Of a stretch of DNA of 26,930 bases, positions 18,279 to 26,930 are shown piece after piece (the stretch's first letter is position 1; every line of letters starts with the position of its first letter). Both the position numbers and the translations under genes were made by a program. The notes beneath the pieces are model-generated. The model did not search any database, had not been told where the DNA came from, and saw only the letters and a program-made list of their open reading frames with translations. This DNA is from Candidatus Hodarchaeota archaeon (GTDB lineage: Archaea; Asgardarchaeota; Heimdallarchaeia; Hodarchaeales; Hodarchaeaceae): the NCBI GenBank assembly GCA_029856365.1, contig JAHQWW010000042.1:1-26930 (forward strand), read 5' to 3'.

Positions 18279-18483
18279 ATATCTTTCAAATTGAATACTT
18301 GTGAACACACAAAAAAAGATTTAGGTTATTTTTTCGTAATTACTTCTATAAATGCCTATATAAAGACTTTCATATAATTTAGAGTATCCTGCGATTATTA
18401 AAGGCATTATTATTTACATAACTCTGCATATAACTTCATTCTTATATCAAATTCCCTTTTTCGTGTAATACAGAGTATATGGG

Positions 18484-19131
18484 CTATTGATTGATAGCTG
18501 TTTTGTTGTAGGAATATGTTTCAAAATAATACTTTAATGAAAAAGCTGCTAAATTCGAAAGATATTCAACAAATTTATCGTCTGTATCAAATAATTCCAT
18601 TACAGACAGATGATGATATAAAATCGCATTAACAAGATTATACATGAAGATAAATACATCGACCAGTTTTTTCTCGGAAAATTGTTCAAAATTTTCATTT
18701 GTCTTCCTTAATTTCTGCACTGTATCTTTAAAAAAATTCACAATCTTCTCTTTATGTGCATTATACAATGTTTTATCAGATTGTATGGCAGATCTAAAAG
18801 CTAGATTATATCCTTTATTTTCCTCATGAGTCTTGAATAAATCTAAAACAAAACGATGGAGATAATCTCTGATATTTTCATCATTCATCATCTCTAGATT
18901 ATGGTTTTCCAAGAAAGTTTCCATCGATTCTTCAAAATATTTTCGTATGATATCTTCTTTCCCTCTCGGAAAATATTTATAAATCGTCCCAATACTAATT
19001 TCAGCTAATTTTGCAACGTGATTTGTGCTTGTTTTGTGATATCCCTGCTCTAAGACTAGTTTAAAGAATGTATCATAAATTAGGTTAATTTTTTCTTGCT
19101 TATTTCGGGTAAATTTTTTACTTGAGATCAT
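18484..19131 (-). CDS. TetR/AcrR-family regulator
   Basis: EQGYHKTSTNHVAKLAEISIGTIYKYFPRGKEDI. Confidence 0.92.
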   Translation of the reverse strand: MISSKKFTRNKQEKINLIYDTFFKLVLEQGYHKTSTNHVAKLAEISIGTIYKYFPRGKEDIIRKYFEESMETFLENHNLEMMNDENIRDYLHRFVLDLFKTHEENKGYNLAFRSAIQSDKTLYNAHKEKIVNFFKDTVQKLRKTNENFEQFSEKKLVDVFIFMYNLVNAILYHHLSVMELFDTDDKFVEYLSNLAAFSLKYYFETYSYNKTAINQ

Positions 19132-19176
19132 AATATCCTCATTTATGGGCCTTATTCAAAAGGTTTATAAAATAAT

Positions 19177-19215
19177 TGAGTAATTGCTCACTTAAAATTG
19201 TTGAGTAAATGCTCA
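19177..19215. promoter_or_regulatory. Tandem TetR-type operators in a divergent promoter
   Basis: TGAGTAATTGCTCA (19177-19190) and TGAGTAAATGCTCA (19202-19215); TTTATAAA TATA-like box just upstream. Confidence 0.75.
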
Positions 19216-19245
19216 TTTATAATAATAAGGAGTAGTGTCAAATAA

Positions 19246-20127
19246 ATGACTCAAGTAGAAACAATAAAATTTAACAAACCTATTCATCAAAATGATATAT
19301 CTGTTGTGGAACATCTCATATATCCAATATTTTCCAAGAAAAATAAAAAAAGTCAACACTACTGGAATAAAATTCGATCATTATTTTTGTCAGCCATGAA
19401 AAATGCTAAGTTGACGTTTCTCCAAAGACATATATTCTGGTTTTATGTAAATAGAACAATAACGAAAGGTATGAAGAAGGGCCTACCTCTTATTGAAGTT
19501 GAGGCAACACTACGGAAATTCCTCAGAAAAAGGATTGATTCTCATGACCAAGATGGAGATCGAAAGGTTATTGCATTCGAACGGGCTAAAAGAAGTTTTC
19601 ATTTAGTAGAAGATTACATCATAGGAAATAAAATACTTGATCTTGGTGCTGGAAATGGACTTTTAGCTTTAGAAATAAAAAAACAACTTAAGAAAGAAGT
19701 TCTGCTAGTTGATATCGTTGATTATAATTATTCAGACCTACCATTAATTCTATACAATCCAGAAAAAAAAGTACCCTTAGCGGATAAGGAGGTAGATACT
19801 ACCATTCTATATACCGTATTACATCATGCAAGTGACCCCGAATATCTATTAAAGGAAGCAGCGAGGATAACCAAAAAACGATTAATCATTATAGAGGGAT
19901 ATATTGATAAAGATGACATTAGGATGACTAATATCTTTTTTGATTGGTTTTACAATCGAGTAATTGGAGATGAAGATATCAATGTACCTCTTAATTTTCT
20001 TCGGGTGAAAGGATGGGAAAAACTACTGCAACCACATGGATTTGAGACGATTGAAACTGTCTATCTTGGAATCAATGAACCTATTGTACCTGAACATCAA
20101 ATTTTAATAATCGCAGACCACAATTAA
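19246..20127 (+). CDS. Class I SAM-dependent methyltransferase with N-terminal extension
   Basis: ILDLGAGNG, VDIVDY, VLHHASDP..LLKEAARIT. Confidence 0.85.
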   Translation: MTQVETIKFNKPIHQNDISVVEHLIYPIFSKKNKKSQHYWNKIRSLFLSAMKNAKLTFLQRHIFWFYVNRTITKGMKKGLPLIEVEATLRKFLRKRIDSHDQDGDRKVIAFERAKRSFHLVEDYIIGNKILDLGAGNGLLALEIKKQLKKEVLLVDIVDYNYSDLPLILYNPEKKVPLADKEVDTTILYTVLHHASDPEYLLKEAARITKKRLIIIEGYIDKDDIRMTNIFFDWFYNRVIGDEDINVPLNFLRVKGWEKLLQPHGFETIETVYLGINEPIVPEHQILIIADHN

Positions 20128-20298
20128 TAGTTAATTTACAATGTCAAAAATATCAAATTCAGTAGACCATCCGATGGTTAGTGCAGCTCTTAGTAAGTTT
20201 ACACATGTATAGGACAAGTAGGGTGCTAAGGAGTACGACAGGTACATAATCCTGGGGATCAGAAGTGCTAAGATCCTATGACTGGAAACATAGATAAC

Positions 20299-20847
20299 TC
20301 AGTAATTACATTTCTTTTTTCCAAATAATTTCCTTAAAGTAGCTGAAGACCTTCCCCCAGGACAACTACCACGAATAGCACAAACAGGACACACGTTCCA
20401 TAAGAATAATATTGCATAGATTAATATAAGGATTATGTAGCCCAATGGATAAAGGATACCTAGTTTGACCAAGAAAAATAATGGAAATATTATCAATCCC
20501 ATTAAACATAAACTCCCAAAGGTTGCAAATAACTCAAATCGTGTTTTTGACTTTTTCATGTTCTTTATTATTGGTAAATTTGCAATTCGACTTGCTGGTA
20601 TAATTCCAGCTACCGCTGGACAAAATTATTCAGTGTACGGGCAATCTTGGTATTCACAACAGTAGGATTGAAATATATTCGCTCCAAACCAAAATAATAA
20701 GTAAATAGTACCATATAACGGATTTATGAAGAATAAGAATCCAAATATTACTAGTATCAATAACATTAAAGGTATGGTTATAATCAAATAGACTTTCTTT
20801 CTACTATATGGAACACAATTTCTATCAGCTGTTGAGAAGTTATCCAT
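20299..20847 (-). pseudogene. Cys-rich 4-TM membrane protein interrupted by one in-frame TAA
   Basis: ORFs 20626-20847 and 20299-20559 are in frame and read CCEYQDCPYTE*FCPAVAG...CPVCAIRGSCPG (TAA 20626-20628). Confidence 0.7.
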
Positions 20848-21116
20848 TTATACTTGCAGCTTCCTATCAATTACATATAATAAAAATGAAGTGAAATATT
20901 GACAGGAAACACGTACCGAGATTGTTTTATAAAAACACTCATTTTAATCTTTCTTTTAGGATGAGCTTTTCCATTCATCAAACAATATTGTAATTTTCAT
21001 TTTGGTTTTAAATGGGACATCAATTCAGAAAATAGCGGCTTTTGAATATGAATAATTTTGGAATTTTCAAGGCATCACGATAGAGACAAATCCAAGAATA
21101 CCAAGAAATTACTCTA

Positions 21117-22253
21117 TTATTCCAATTTTCTCTTCCTTGCAACCAGAAAGACTAATCCTAGGGAAATAAATCCTCCAATAACAAATAAGAAATTAAAACC
21201 AGGACTTGAATTTGAAGTGGTTTCTGTATCATTAAAGGAAATCTCGAGAATTTCCAAACCATCTTCCCTATCAGTCACAAATGCTATATCGTCAATAATG
21301 AAAACATCAGTAGCATGTCCACTCCCATCATAGTACTGACCAATTTCAACAGGATTAGAAGGATCACTGATATCAAGAATCTCGAGACCTTCTTTAAAAT
21401 CAGGAACATAAGCCAAATTTCCTTCAACAAATGTTTGCATTGCAGATCCTCCATCATGGAACTCAGAAACTTGTGTGATGTTAGTTGGGTCATGTACATC
21501 AAGAATTCTTAATTTCCCAGATCCGACATGATGGTCAGCTGCAAAAAGATAATCATTGTAGACATAAGGATAAATGAAATCTATCCCACTACGAATATAG
21601 TTCCCTACCTCGAATATATTGCATGGATCACTAATGTTCAGGACTCTTATTCCTGTATAATCAGTTCGGTGATCAGTTACATACATTAAACTGTCCCTAA
21701 TAAAAAAATCATGAAAATATCTTCCAGAAAACCTATATTGACACAGTTCGGTAGGATGGGCGGGATCACTGACATTAAGAATCTCTAATCCATCTCCATT
21801 ATCTGCTACATATACTAAATCTCCGATGACTTGGACATGAGTTGCATAACCTCCATCGTAATGAACTCCGATTTTCTTAGGATTGGTCGGATCGCTAACA
21901 TTAATAATCTGTAAACCTTCATCTTTAGCTGGAAGATATGCGATTTCTTTTGTCACAAATAAGGAACTTGGGAGACCTTCAATGTAATATGAACTCAATT
22001 TCCTAGGATTGGAAAGATCAGAAATGTCAATAATAACAAGACCACCAGGATTATCATCAGTGGTATCTGCAACATATGCGATATTTCCTATCACTTGAAC
22101 GTCATAGGCCTCGCCATTAGTATCAATTTGTCCCAATTCTTTCAATACAAGGTTTTGAGTTTTCATTGGAAGACTTTTACAGTTTGTTATACCTACATTC
22201 AGTATAAGAATAAAGAAAAAGCATTTTATTACCATTTTAGAAGAAACTTTCAT
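21117..22253 (-). CDS. Secreted LVIVD-repeat beta-propeller with PGF-CTERM-like membrane anchor
   Basis: N-terminal signal peptide; seven L(V/E/Q/R)I(I/L)(D/N)(I/V)SDP.NP-type repeats; Thr/Ser linker, PGF, TM helix, RKRK tail. Start is uncertain (ATG 22253 chosen). Confidence 0.85.
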   Translation of the reverse strand: MKVSSKMVIKCFFFILILNVGITNCKSLPMKTQNLVLKELGQIDTNGEAYDVQVIGNIAYVADTTDDNPGGLVIIDISDLSNPRKLSSYYIEGLPSSLFVTKEIAYLPAKDEGLQIINVSDPTNPKKIGVHYDGGYATHVQVIGDLVYVADNGDGLEILNVSDPAHPTELCQYRFSGRYFHDFFIRDSLMYVTDHRTDYTGIRVLNISDPCNIFEVGNYIRSGIDFIYPYVYNDYLFAADHHVGSGKLRILDVHDPTNITQVSEFHDGGSAMQTFVEGNLAYVPDFKEGLEILDISDPSNPVEIGQYYDGSGHATDVFIIDDIAFVTDREDGLEILEISFNDTETTSNSSPGFNFLFVIGGFISLGLVFLVARKRKLE

Positions 22254-22284
22254 TCTAAAAGCCTCCACCATGTTCATCTTTATG

Positions 22285-22512
22285 TCAACTACTGACAGCA
22301 TAAAAACAACGACGAGTATCTCTTATATCAGGGATTTGGATAATTAGCTGAGCGTTTATTAGTCGTCGCAATGCATATCGGATAGTTCGAATCGAATATC
22401 GAGTTTCAGAAACAAGCTCTTTGGATGTTAGTTGTTCATGGGTCTGAATGATTTGATACACTATCTGAGCAGATGGAGGCATTATATTTAATAAATCCAT
22501 GTTATTCATCAT
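22285..22512 (-). CDS. Small archaeal winged-HTH protein
   Basis: PPSAQIVYQII...LT..EL..ET....RTIRYALRRL....LI...PDIRDTRR.FY. Confidence 0.82.
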   Translation of the reverse strand: MMNNMDLLNIMPPSAQIVYQIIQTHEQLTSKELVSETRYSIRTIRYALRRLINAQLIIQIPDIRDTRRCFYAVSS

Positions 22513-22902
22513 TTTTGATCCACATTAAGATTTTTATCTTTTAATCTCAGATTATATTTATGAATCTCACCAAAGGATCGTTTTTAATAACGTTAAATCC
22601 TTTATTTGTCAAGAGAGGGAGTGTAATTGTGAGATTCATGTCATTTGAATTAGGACTGAACTATAATTTATAAGGGTTTGCTATAGTGCAATATCAAAAA
22701 CTGATTAAAATGACATATTGGATATAATTTCAGCTATTCAAAATCTTTAAATACTAATTGAAAAAATATAGTAGTGCAATCAATAGAAGATCATTGTCAA
22801 TAAGTGTCTTATGTTAGGATTTGTAATAGAAAATATCTGTGGGGCCATATTCTCAGAGTAAAAGATAAGTAGGATAAAAAAAACCATAAAAAGGAAGTCA
22901 TC

Positions 22903-23523
22903 ATGAGTTCTACATCTGGTTCCATTCCCCTTGGAACTTTTAAAATTCTTCAAGATGAAACACGATTAGCCATCATTATCTGTTTGCAGATCTACCACCA
23001 ACTTACCGTTAAGCAGCTAAGTGACTTTCTTCACAAAGGAAAAACAACGATAACTCATCACTTAAGAAAGTTGGATGAAGCCGGGATCGTTGGGTGGAAA
23101 GAAAGAAAAGAGGATCCCAAAAAATACAAAACAAGGTATTATTTTATTAGTGACGATAATTTGAAAAGAGGAATTGGAATCACGAAGAAAATAAGCGAAT
23201 TTCACGATGAAGATTCAATTTTTCGAGTAATGAAAACAGAAGCAGCAATTACGTATAGTCTTATGGATTGGATGATTAATTTTACTGAAAAGGAGGAAGT
23301 AGATTTCAAAACATTGAAAGAACGAGGGAGTTCTTTCATTCGGACTTTTATGCTTACTCCTGAAACACTTCCTATCTATCAAGAAGCTATGGAAAAAATC
23401 GCGGAAACGATCGAGTTAGAAAATAAAAAATCTGAAGACTCACCTGTTACCCATATAAGCTCTCATGTCTTTGTTCAGATTAAAGATATCTTGGAATGGA
23501 AACAAAAACAAAAAAAAGAATGA
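22903..23523 (+). CDS. ArsR-like wHTH regulator
   Basis: FKILQDETRLAII...LTVKQLS..L.KGKTTITHHLRKLDEAGIV. Confidence 0.85.
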   Translation: MSSTSGSIPLGTFKILQDETRLAIIICLQIYHQLTVKQLSDFLHKGKTTITHHLRKLDEAGIVGWKERKEDPKKYKTRYYFISDDNLKRGIGITKKISEFHDEDSIFRVMKTEAAITYSLMDWMINFTEKEEVDFKTLKERGSSFIRTFMLTPETLPIYQEAMEKIAETIELENKKSEDSPVTHISSHVFVQIKDILEWKQKQKKE

Positions 23524-23570
23524 TTTCAAAAATAATTACACTGCATTGTGTTTGAAAGCTGGTGAATTGA

Positions 23571-24674
23571 GTGAAAAAATTCAATATTGTTGAGATTGAA
23601 AACAGTTACTTGAATTTCTTCACTCCCGCTGTCATTATTGCCACAGGAATATTTCTTTCTAATCTATTCAGTTGGCCTGCCTCTTTTCTATATTGGATTA
23701 TCGATATTTCTGATATGAATGTCAATCTAGACCTAGTGAAAGCATTAGTTGCTAACATTAACGGGGTTTTAATTTGCTTAATTGTTTATTTCGTTTTCAT
23801 TCCCCATCTTAAAGTTAAAGATGTTACATTTAGGGATTCAAACATAGAAAACTTCTATGTTGTTCTTCCGGTATTCTTAATTATAATCTTTTTTAGGATA
23901 ATTTTGACGTTTCTATTCGAACAATCAGGTAGTACTATTTATTTAATGTCTCCTTGGTTTCTAAGTTCATACTCTCTATTATTAGATCCCAGTGTTTTAA
24001 TACTATTCATTTTATATCAATTTTTTATTATTCCTGTATATACTGAACTTCTTTATCGTCGAACAGTTATCCCTCTATTAGAGGATCGTGGTTTATCTCC
24101 TTTACTTGCAGTAGTTTTATCAAGCTTAGGTTTTTGTCTCCTGTTCTTGCCTGAATACCTCGCAACTTCGAATTATATGGGTACACTTTATTGGTTTGGG
24201 TCAACTTTTTTGTTTGGATTAGCTACTGGATTCATCTATATAATTACTAGGAATATATTGTTCCCAATTCTTTATGCAGCAATCTATTATGTTTATCGGT
24301 TCACTTATGACTTTGGAACTTTTTTTCGGGATAAAAATTTATTATTTATTCATTTATTTCTTAACATCATCATTTTGATCATCGGATTTATGATATTAAT
24401 TTTTATCATTTGGCACTTAGTGAATAGAGAATCTCATTCACGGTGGGTAAACATTATCAAAACTCCTTCTGCCTCAAAAATCACACGTGGAGTCATTGGA
24501 TACTTCATTATTTCTGTTATTCTAGTGAGTATTCATTTAATAGCGAAAGAATATATTGCAAGTTCCACTTCCTCTAATATATTGGGGGCATTTATATTTA
24601 ACACAGCTTTCTACTTACTAGCGTTTTCCATCCCATTCTGGTTAACTATCACATCAGAATACGCCCAGTATTAG
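23571..24674 (+). CDS. CPBP (Abi/CAAX) intramembrane protease homologue, degenerate active site
   Basis: PVYTELLYRR, SSLGF, GFIYIITRNILFPIL; multi-TM. Confidence 0.72.
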   Translation: MKKFNIVEIENSYLNFFTPAVIIATGIFLSNLFSWPASFLYWIIDISDMNVNLDLVKALVANINGVLICLIVYFVFIPHLKVKDVTFRDSNIENFYVVLPVFLIIIFFRIILTFLFEQSGSTIYLMSPWFLSSYSLLLDPSVLILFILYQFFIIPVYTELLYRRTVIPLLEDRGLSPLLAVVLSSLGFCLLFLPEYLATSNYMGTLYWFGSTFLFGLATGFIYIITRNILFPILYAAIYYVYRFTYDFGTFFRDKNLLFIHLFLNIIILIIGFMILIFIIWHLVNRESHSRWVNIIKTPSASKITRGVIGYFIISVILVSIHLIAKEYIASSTSSNILGAFIFNTAFYLLAFSIPFWLTITSEYAQY

Positions 24675-24721
24675 AAGAAGCTGTTTTAATCCTCAATGAG
24701 AAAAAGGGAAAAAGGAGGAAT

Positions 24722-25654
24722 TTAATCTTCTAAACCGAATGAGATTCCTGTTATCACTTTATTGGGTTTATATTCTTCTAAGATAGTAGCAAATTCAGAG
24801 TCTCTTGGACCAATGAAGGTACTTATCGGCTTATCAGTTGCGTAATTGTTGGAAACACATTCCTTGGCTATGTTAACGATCAGTGATTTGTAAGCTTCTT
24901 CATTTCCAGAACGAAATGCGTGAAATCGTAGAATAAGTCGTTTTTCTTCTTCGCCTGGAGCTTGGAAGAGTAGTGGTGCTGAGGCCATTACTAAAGTATC
25001 ATTTTTAAAAACCAATACTGCATTATTACCCTTTTCTTGGCCATCTTTTAGCACTCGGTCTCGAAAATAATTGACGATATCTTCATCAGAGGCAAATTGT
25101 CCAAGATATCGGCCATCAGCTTTGATCAGGTCAACAAGTAAATCAACATCATCTATTGTAGCGAGACGAATTGTGAAATCTTTTTCTTCATAATCTGATT
25201 TAGCAACTTCATTCATATCGATTTCATATCTATAACCCCTAGATTTTTCAACCAATCCTTTCCCTTTAAAGAAGTCCAGAATTTCCTTATTATCAGCAGC
25301 AGCGTTCATACGAATCGCATAATCTTTCGCGATCTCACGTTGTTTAAGATAATCCAGCATTTCGTCAAATAATTTATCCTGTACCTCCTTCGGACAACTT
25401 GGGAGAGCCCAGGGATAACCTAAATGAGTTTCTTCAACACTCTCATAGTCACGGGCTTGAATGTATGCTAATGGTTTCCCGTCTTCGTCAAGAGCATATC
25501 TGGCCGTCTTAGGATCAATTTTCTCACGCTCAAAGCGCTCAATGATCTGTTGAGCTGTCACGGGTTGAGAACTGGGGTTTTTTTCATTATAGATTTTAGC
25601 TTGAAGTTCCTCAAGTCCTTGGTTTGGTTCCCAATAGCGGTACTCTACTGTCAT
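24722..25654 (-). CDS. Tandem GNAT-fold acetyltransferase-like protein
   Basis: Two ~150-aa halves; FTIRLATIDDVDLLVDL start of second domain; DFFKGKGL motif-B-like segment. Confidence 0.55.
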   Translation of the reverse strand: MTVEYRYWEPNQGLEELQAKIYNEKNPSSQPVTAQQIIERFEREKIDPKTARYALDEDGKPLAYIQARDYESVEETHLGYPWALPSCPKEVQDKLFDEMLDYLKQREIAKDYAIRMNAAADNKEILDFFKGKGLVEKSRGYRYEIDMNEVAKSDYEEKDFTIRLATIDDVDLLVDLIKADGRYLGQFASDEDIVNYFRDRVLKDGQEKGNNAVLVFKNDTLVMASAPLLFQAPGEEEKRLILRFHAFRSGNEEAYKSLIVNIAKECVSNNYATDKPISTFIGPRDSEFATILEEYKPNKVITGISFGLED

Positions 25655-25853
25655 TCATGATTACTCCTTTCTAATTGCAATATCCAAAAAAAAGATTTCT
25701 CGAAATTCTGATTTTCTATTTTTTTCGAGAACATGGTCTCACTAAAAATAGAACTTTTAATAAGTTGTTATCGAGGCAAAAATATGACATCAACTATTTT
25801 AAAGCGAAATAATTAACTTTAAGGAAAGAATAATTGCAAGTTAGTGTGAAAGA

Positions 25854-26516
25854 ATGTCAAACAAACAATTCAAAGATGCAATAACCTATTCACAGCCCCT
25901 AATGAAAGAAATAACTGATAAGGACACAATTAAGCTCTTTAAGGATAAAAATCTTTCATCTGTCATAGAATTCTTACGAACTCACAAAGGTCCTATGACA
26001 GTAACAGAACTAGAAGCCGCATTCAAGGATATTGGTAAGAAGAAGTCAGATAAAACAATTTATCGGTATCTCAAAGATCTTGAAGAAGAGGATTTAGTAA
26101 TACAGGCTGGAAAAAGAGTTTATACGACTGATAAGAAGAAATTAAAGACTCAAACTCTCTATATGAGAACTGCGAAAATTTTTTTCCCAATCGTAAGTTT
26201 TGAAGAAAAACTCTCGGAGGAAGAGCAACAACAAGAAGAGAAGATGATTGAAGCCATTGGTATTTCCATTGGCAAATACATGAATGTTAAACTAAAATCT
26301 ACAGATTGCTTGAAAGAATTTCTGAAAAAATTTTCTTGTGAAGGAGCTTCTCTGCCCAGGATAATTTTACAAAATGCACAAGATGAGATAACGGATTTAT
26401 TGACAGGTCTAGATTGGAAGTTTATTGAAAGCACTGTAAAAACTATTAATTTACTGACAATTTTGACTGACAAAACTGGTTGGCAGAAAGAACTAGTTAA
26501 TTGCTTCCATGAATAG
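25854..26516 (+). CDS. Winged-HTH regulator (ArsR-like, Asgard-type)
   Basis: GPMTVTELEAAF...KSDKTIYRYLKDLEEEDLV.QAG...LYMRTAKIF. Confidence 0.78.
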   Translation: MSNKQFKDAITYSQPLMKEITDKDTIKLFKDKNLSSVIEFLRTHKGPMTVTELEAAFKDIGKKKSDKTIYRYLKDLEEEDLVIQAGKRVYTTDKKKLKTQTLYMRTAKIFFPIVSFEEKLSEEEQQQEEKMIEAIGISIGKYMNVKLKSTDCLKEFLKKFSCEGASLPRIILQNAQDEITDLLTGLDWKFIESTVKTINLLTILTDKTGWQKELVNCFHE

Positions 26517-26570
26517 ATATATTTAAAATCGCAGATTTTAGAAAGTAAAGCAAATAAGGGTGTCACAATA

Positions 26571-26738
26571 ATGAATCGTGCCCAAGCTGAACATCTGAGT
26601 CCATCTGATATTCTTCGAGCCAAGAAAAATGTAGAAAAAATTAAATCTCTTTTTGAGCGAGGTATTACTCCTGGTCAATTGATAAAACAGACAATAGAGA
26701 TGATTAATCCTATTAAGAAAAAATCCTCTAATAAATGA
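26571..26738 (+). CDS. Small hypothetical protein (55 aa), not in the ORF track
   Basis: MNRAQAEHLSPSDILRAKKNVEKIKSLFERGITPGQLIKQTIEMINPIKKKSSNK; AAGGGTG SD-like site upstream; fills the gap between convergent genes. Confidence 0.5.
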   Translation: MNRAQAEHLSPSDILRAKKNVEKIKSLFERGITPGQLIKQTIEMINPIKKKSSNK

Positions 26739-26930
26739 AAGGAACACCAATATCATCGAGTTCTCGGCGTGTCTTCCCATAAAGTGTCATATAATCATCT
26801 GATGGTTTGATTCTTCGCACATCATAACATTCTCGGAAGTTCTTGCCGAGGGGAGCATCCTCAATATTCTCTTCATAGGTTTTTAATAAGGCAAGAACGA
26901 TCTCATTTGCGTCTACACGAGAAATCTTCT
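26728..26930 (-). CDS. mtmB: C-terminal 66 aa of a monomethylamine:corrinoid methyltransferase (MtmB family), truncated by the window edge
   Basis: Manual translation KISRVDANEIVLALLKTYEENIEDAPLGKNFRECYDVRRIKPSDDYMTLYGKTRRELDDIGVPFIY* matches the MtmB C-terminal pattern N.I...L...YE.....AP.GK.F.ECYDV....P...Y...Y....R..L.D.G..F. Confidence 0.82.
   Translation of the reverse strand, partial: KISRVDANEIVLALLKTYEENIEDAPLGKNFRECYDVRRIKPSDDYMTLYGKTRRELDDIGVPFIY

Noticed and set aside
8690-20628. TAA stop-codon reassignment suggested by two in-frame TAAs
   Set aside because: Many intact genes here end at TAA at the expected family length (e.g. 9913, 11607, 13530, 15177, 20127). Nonsense mutation or error is simpler.
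21200-22130. Periodic DNA similarity resembling a repeat array or CRISPR
   Set aside because: Explained by protein-level LVIVD repeats. No identical repeat-spacer array, tRNA or rRNA was seen in the window.
25697-25731. TTCTCGAAA/TTTCGAGAA inverted repeat in a divergent promoter
   Set aside because: A single 9-bp AT-rich IR with a 17-nt spacer and no second copy; too weak to call.
1604-26780. Short antisense or alternate-frame ORFs in the track (e.g. 1604, 2913, 3723, 4781, 5072, 8907, 9088, 10270, 11061, 11247, 11734, 12564, 13218, 14514, 14709, 15514, 18644, 20465, 21058, 21284, 21315, 22095, 26159, 26538)
   Set aside because: They overlap well-supported genes and have no recognisable motifs; shadow ORFs.
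333-26930. Genome-wide TAG-to-pyrrolysine recoding
   Set aside because: TAG terminates several full-length genes (926, 1015, 17690, 24674, 26516, 26728), and no gene in the window has an internal TAG.

Overview
AT-rich archaeal chromosomal segment, most likely from an Asgard archaeon (Heimdallarchaeia-like). This is inferred from a longin/roadblock-type protein, a GPP34/GOLPH3 homologue, a PGF-CTERM-like surface protein and several winged-HTH regulators. Most of the window is accessory genes: two ABC exporter operons, an MFS transporter, four SAM methyltransferases (incl. TrmO-like), an M20 peptidase, TetR and wHTH regulators, an LVIVD propeller, a degenerate CPBP protease and a GNAT. The highlight is an apparently intact IS110-family (DEDD + Ser) recombinase; its likely start is ATG 2211. 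It is preceded by a ~300-nt non-coding left end that folds by eye into a 5' hairpin, a G-rich linker and a closed two-arm domain with an 11x12-nt internal loop. This is a candidate archaeal bridge RNA. Features missed by the ORF track: the C-terminus of an MtmB-family monomethylamine methyltransferase at the right edge, a probable CTG-initiated regulator, a 55-aa small ORF, two genes each interrupted by one in-frame TAA, and several clear operator arrays. All assignments are from motif recognition by eye; no searches were run.
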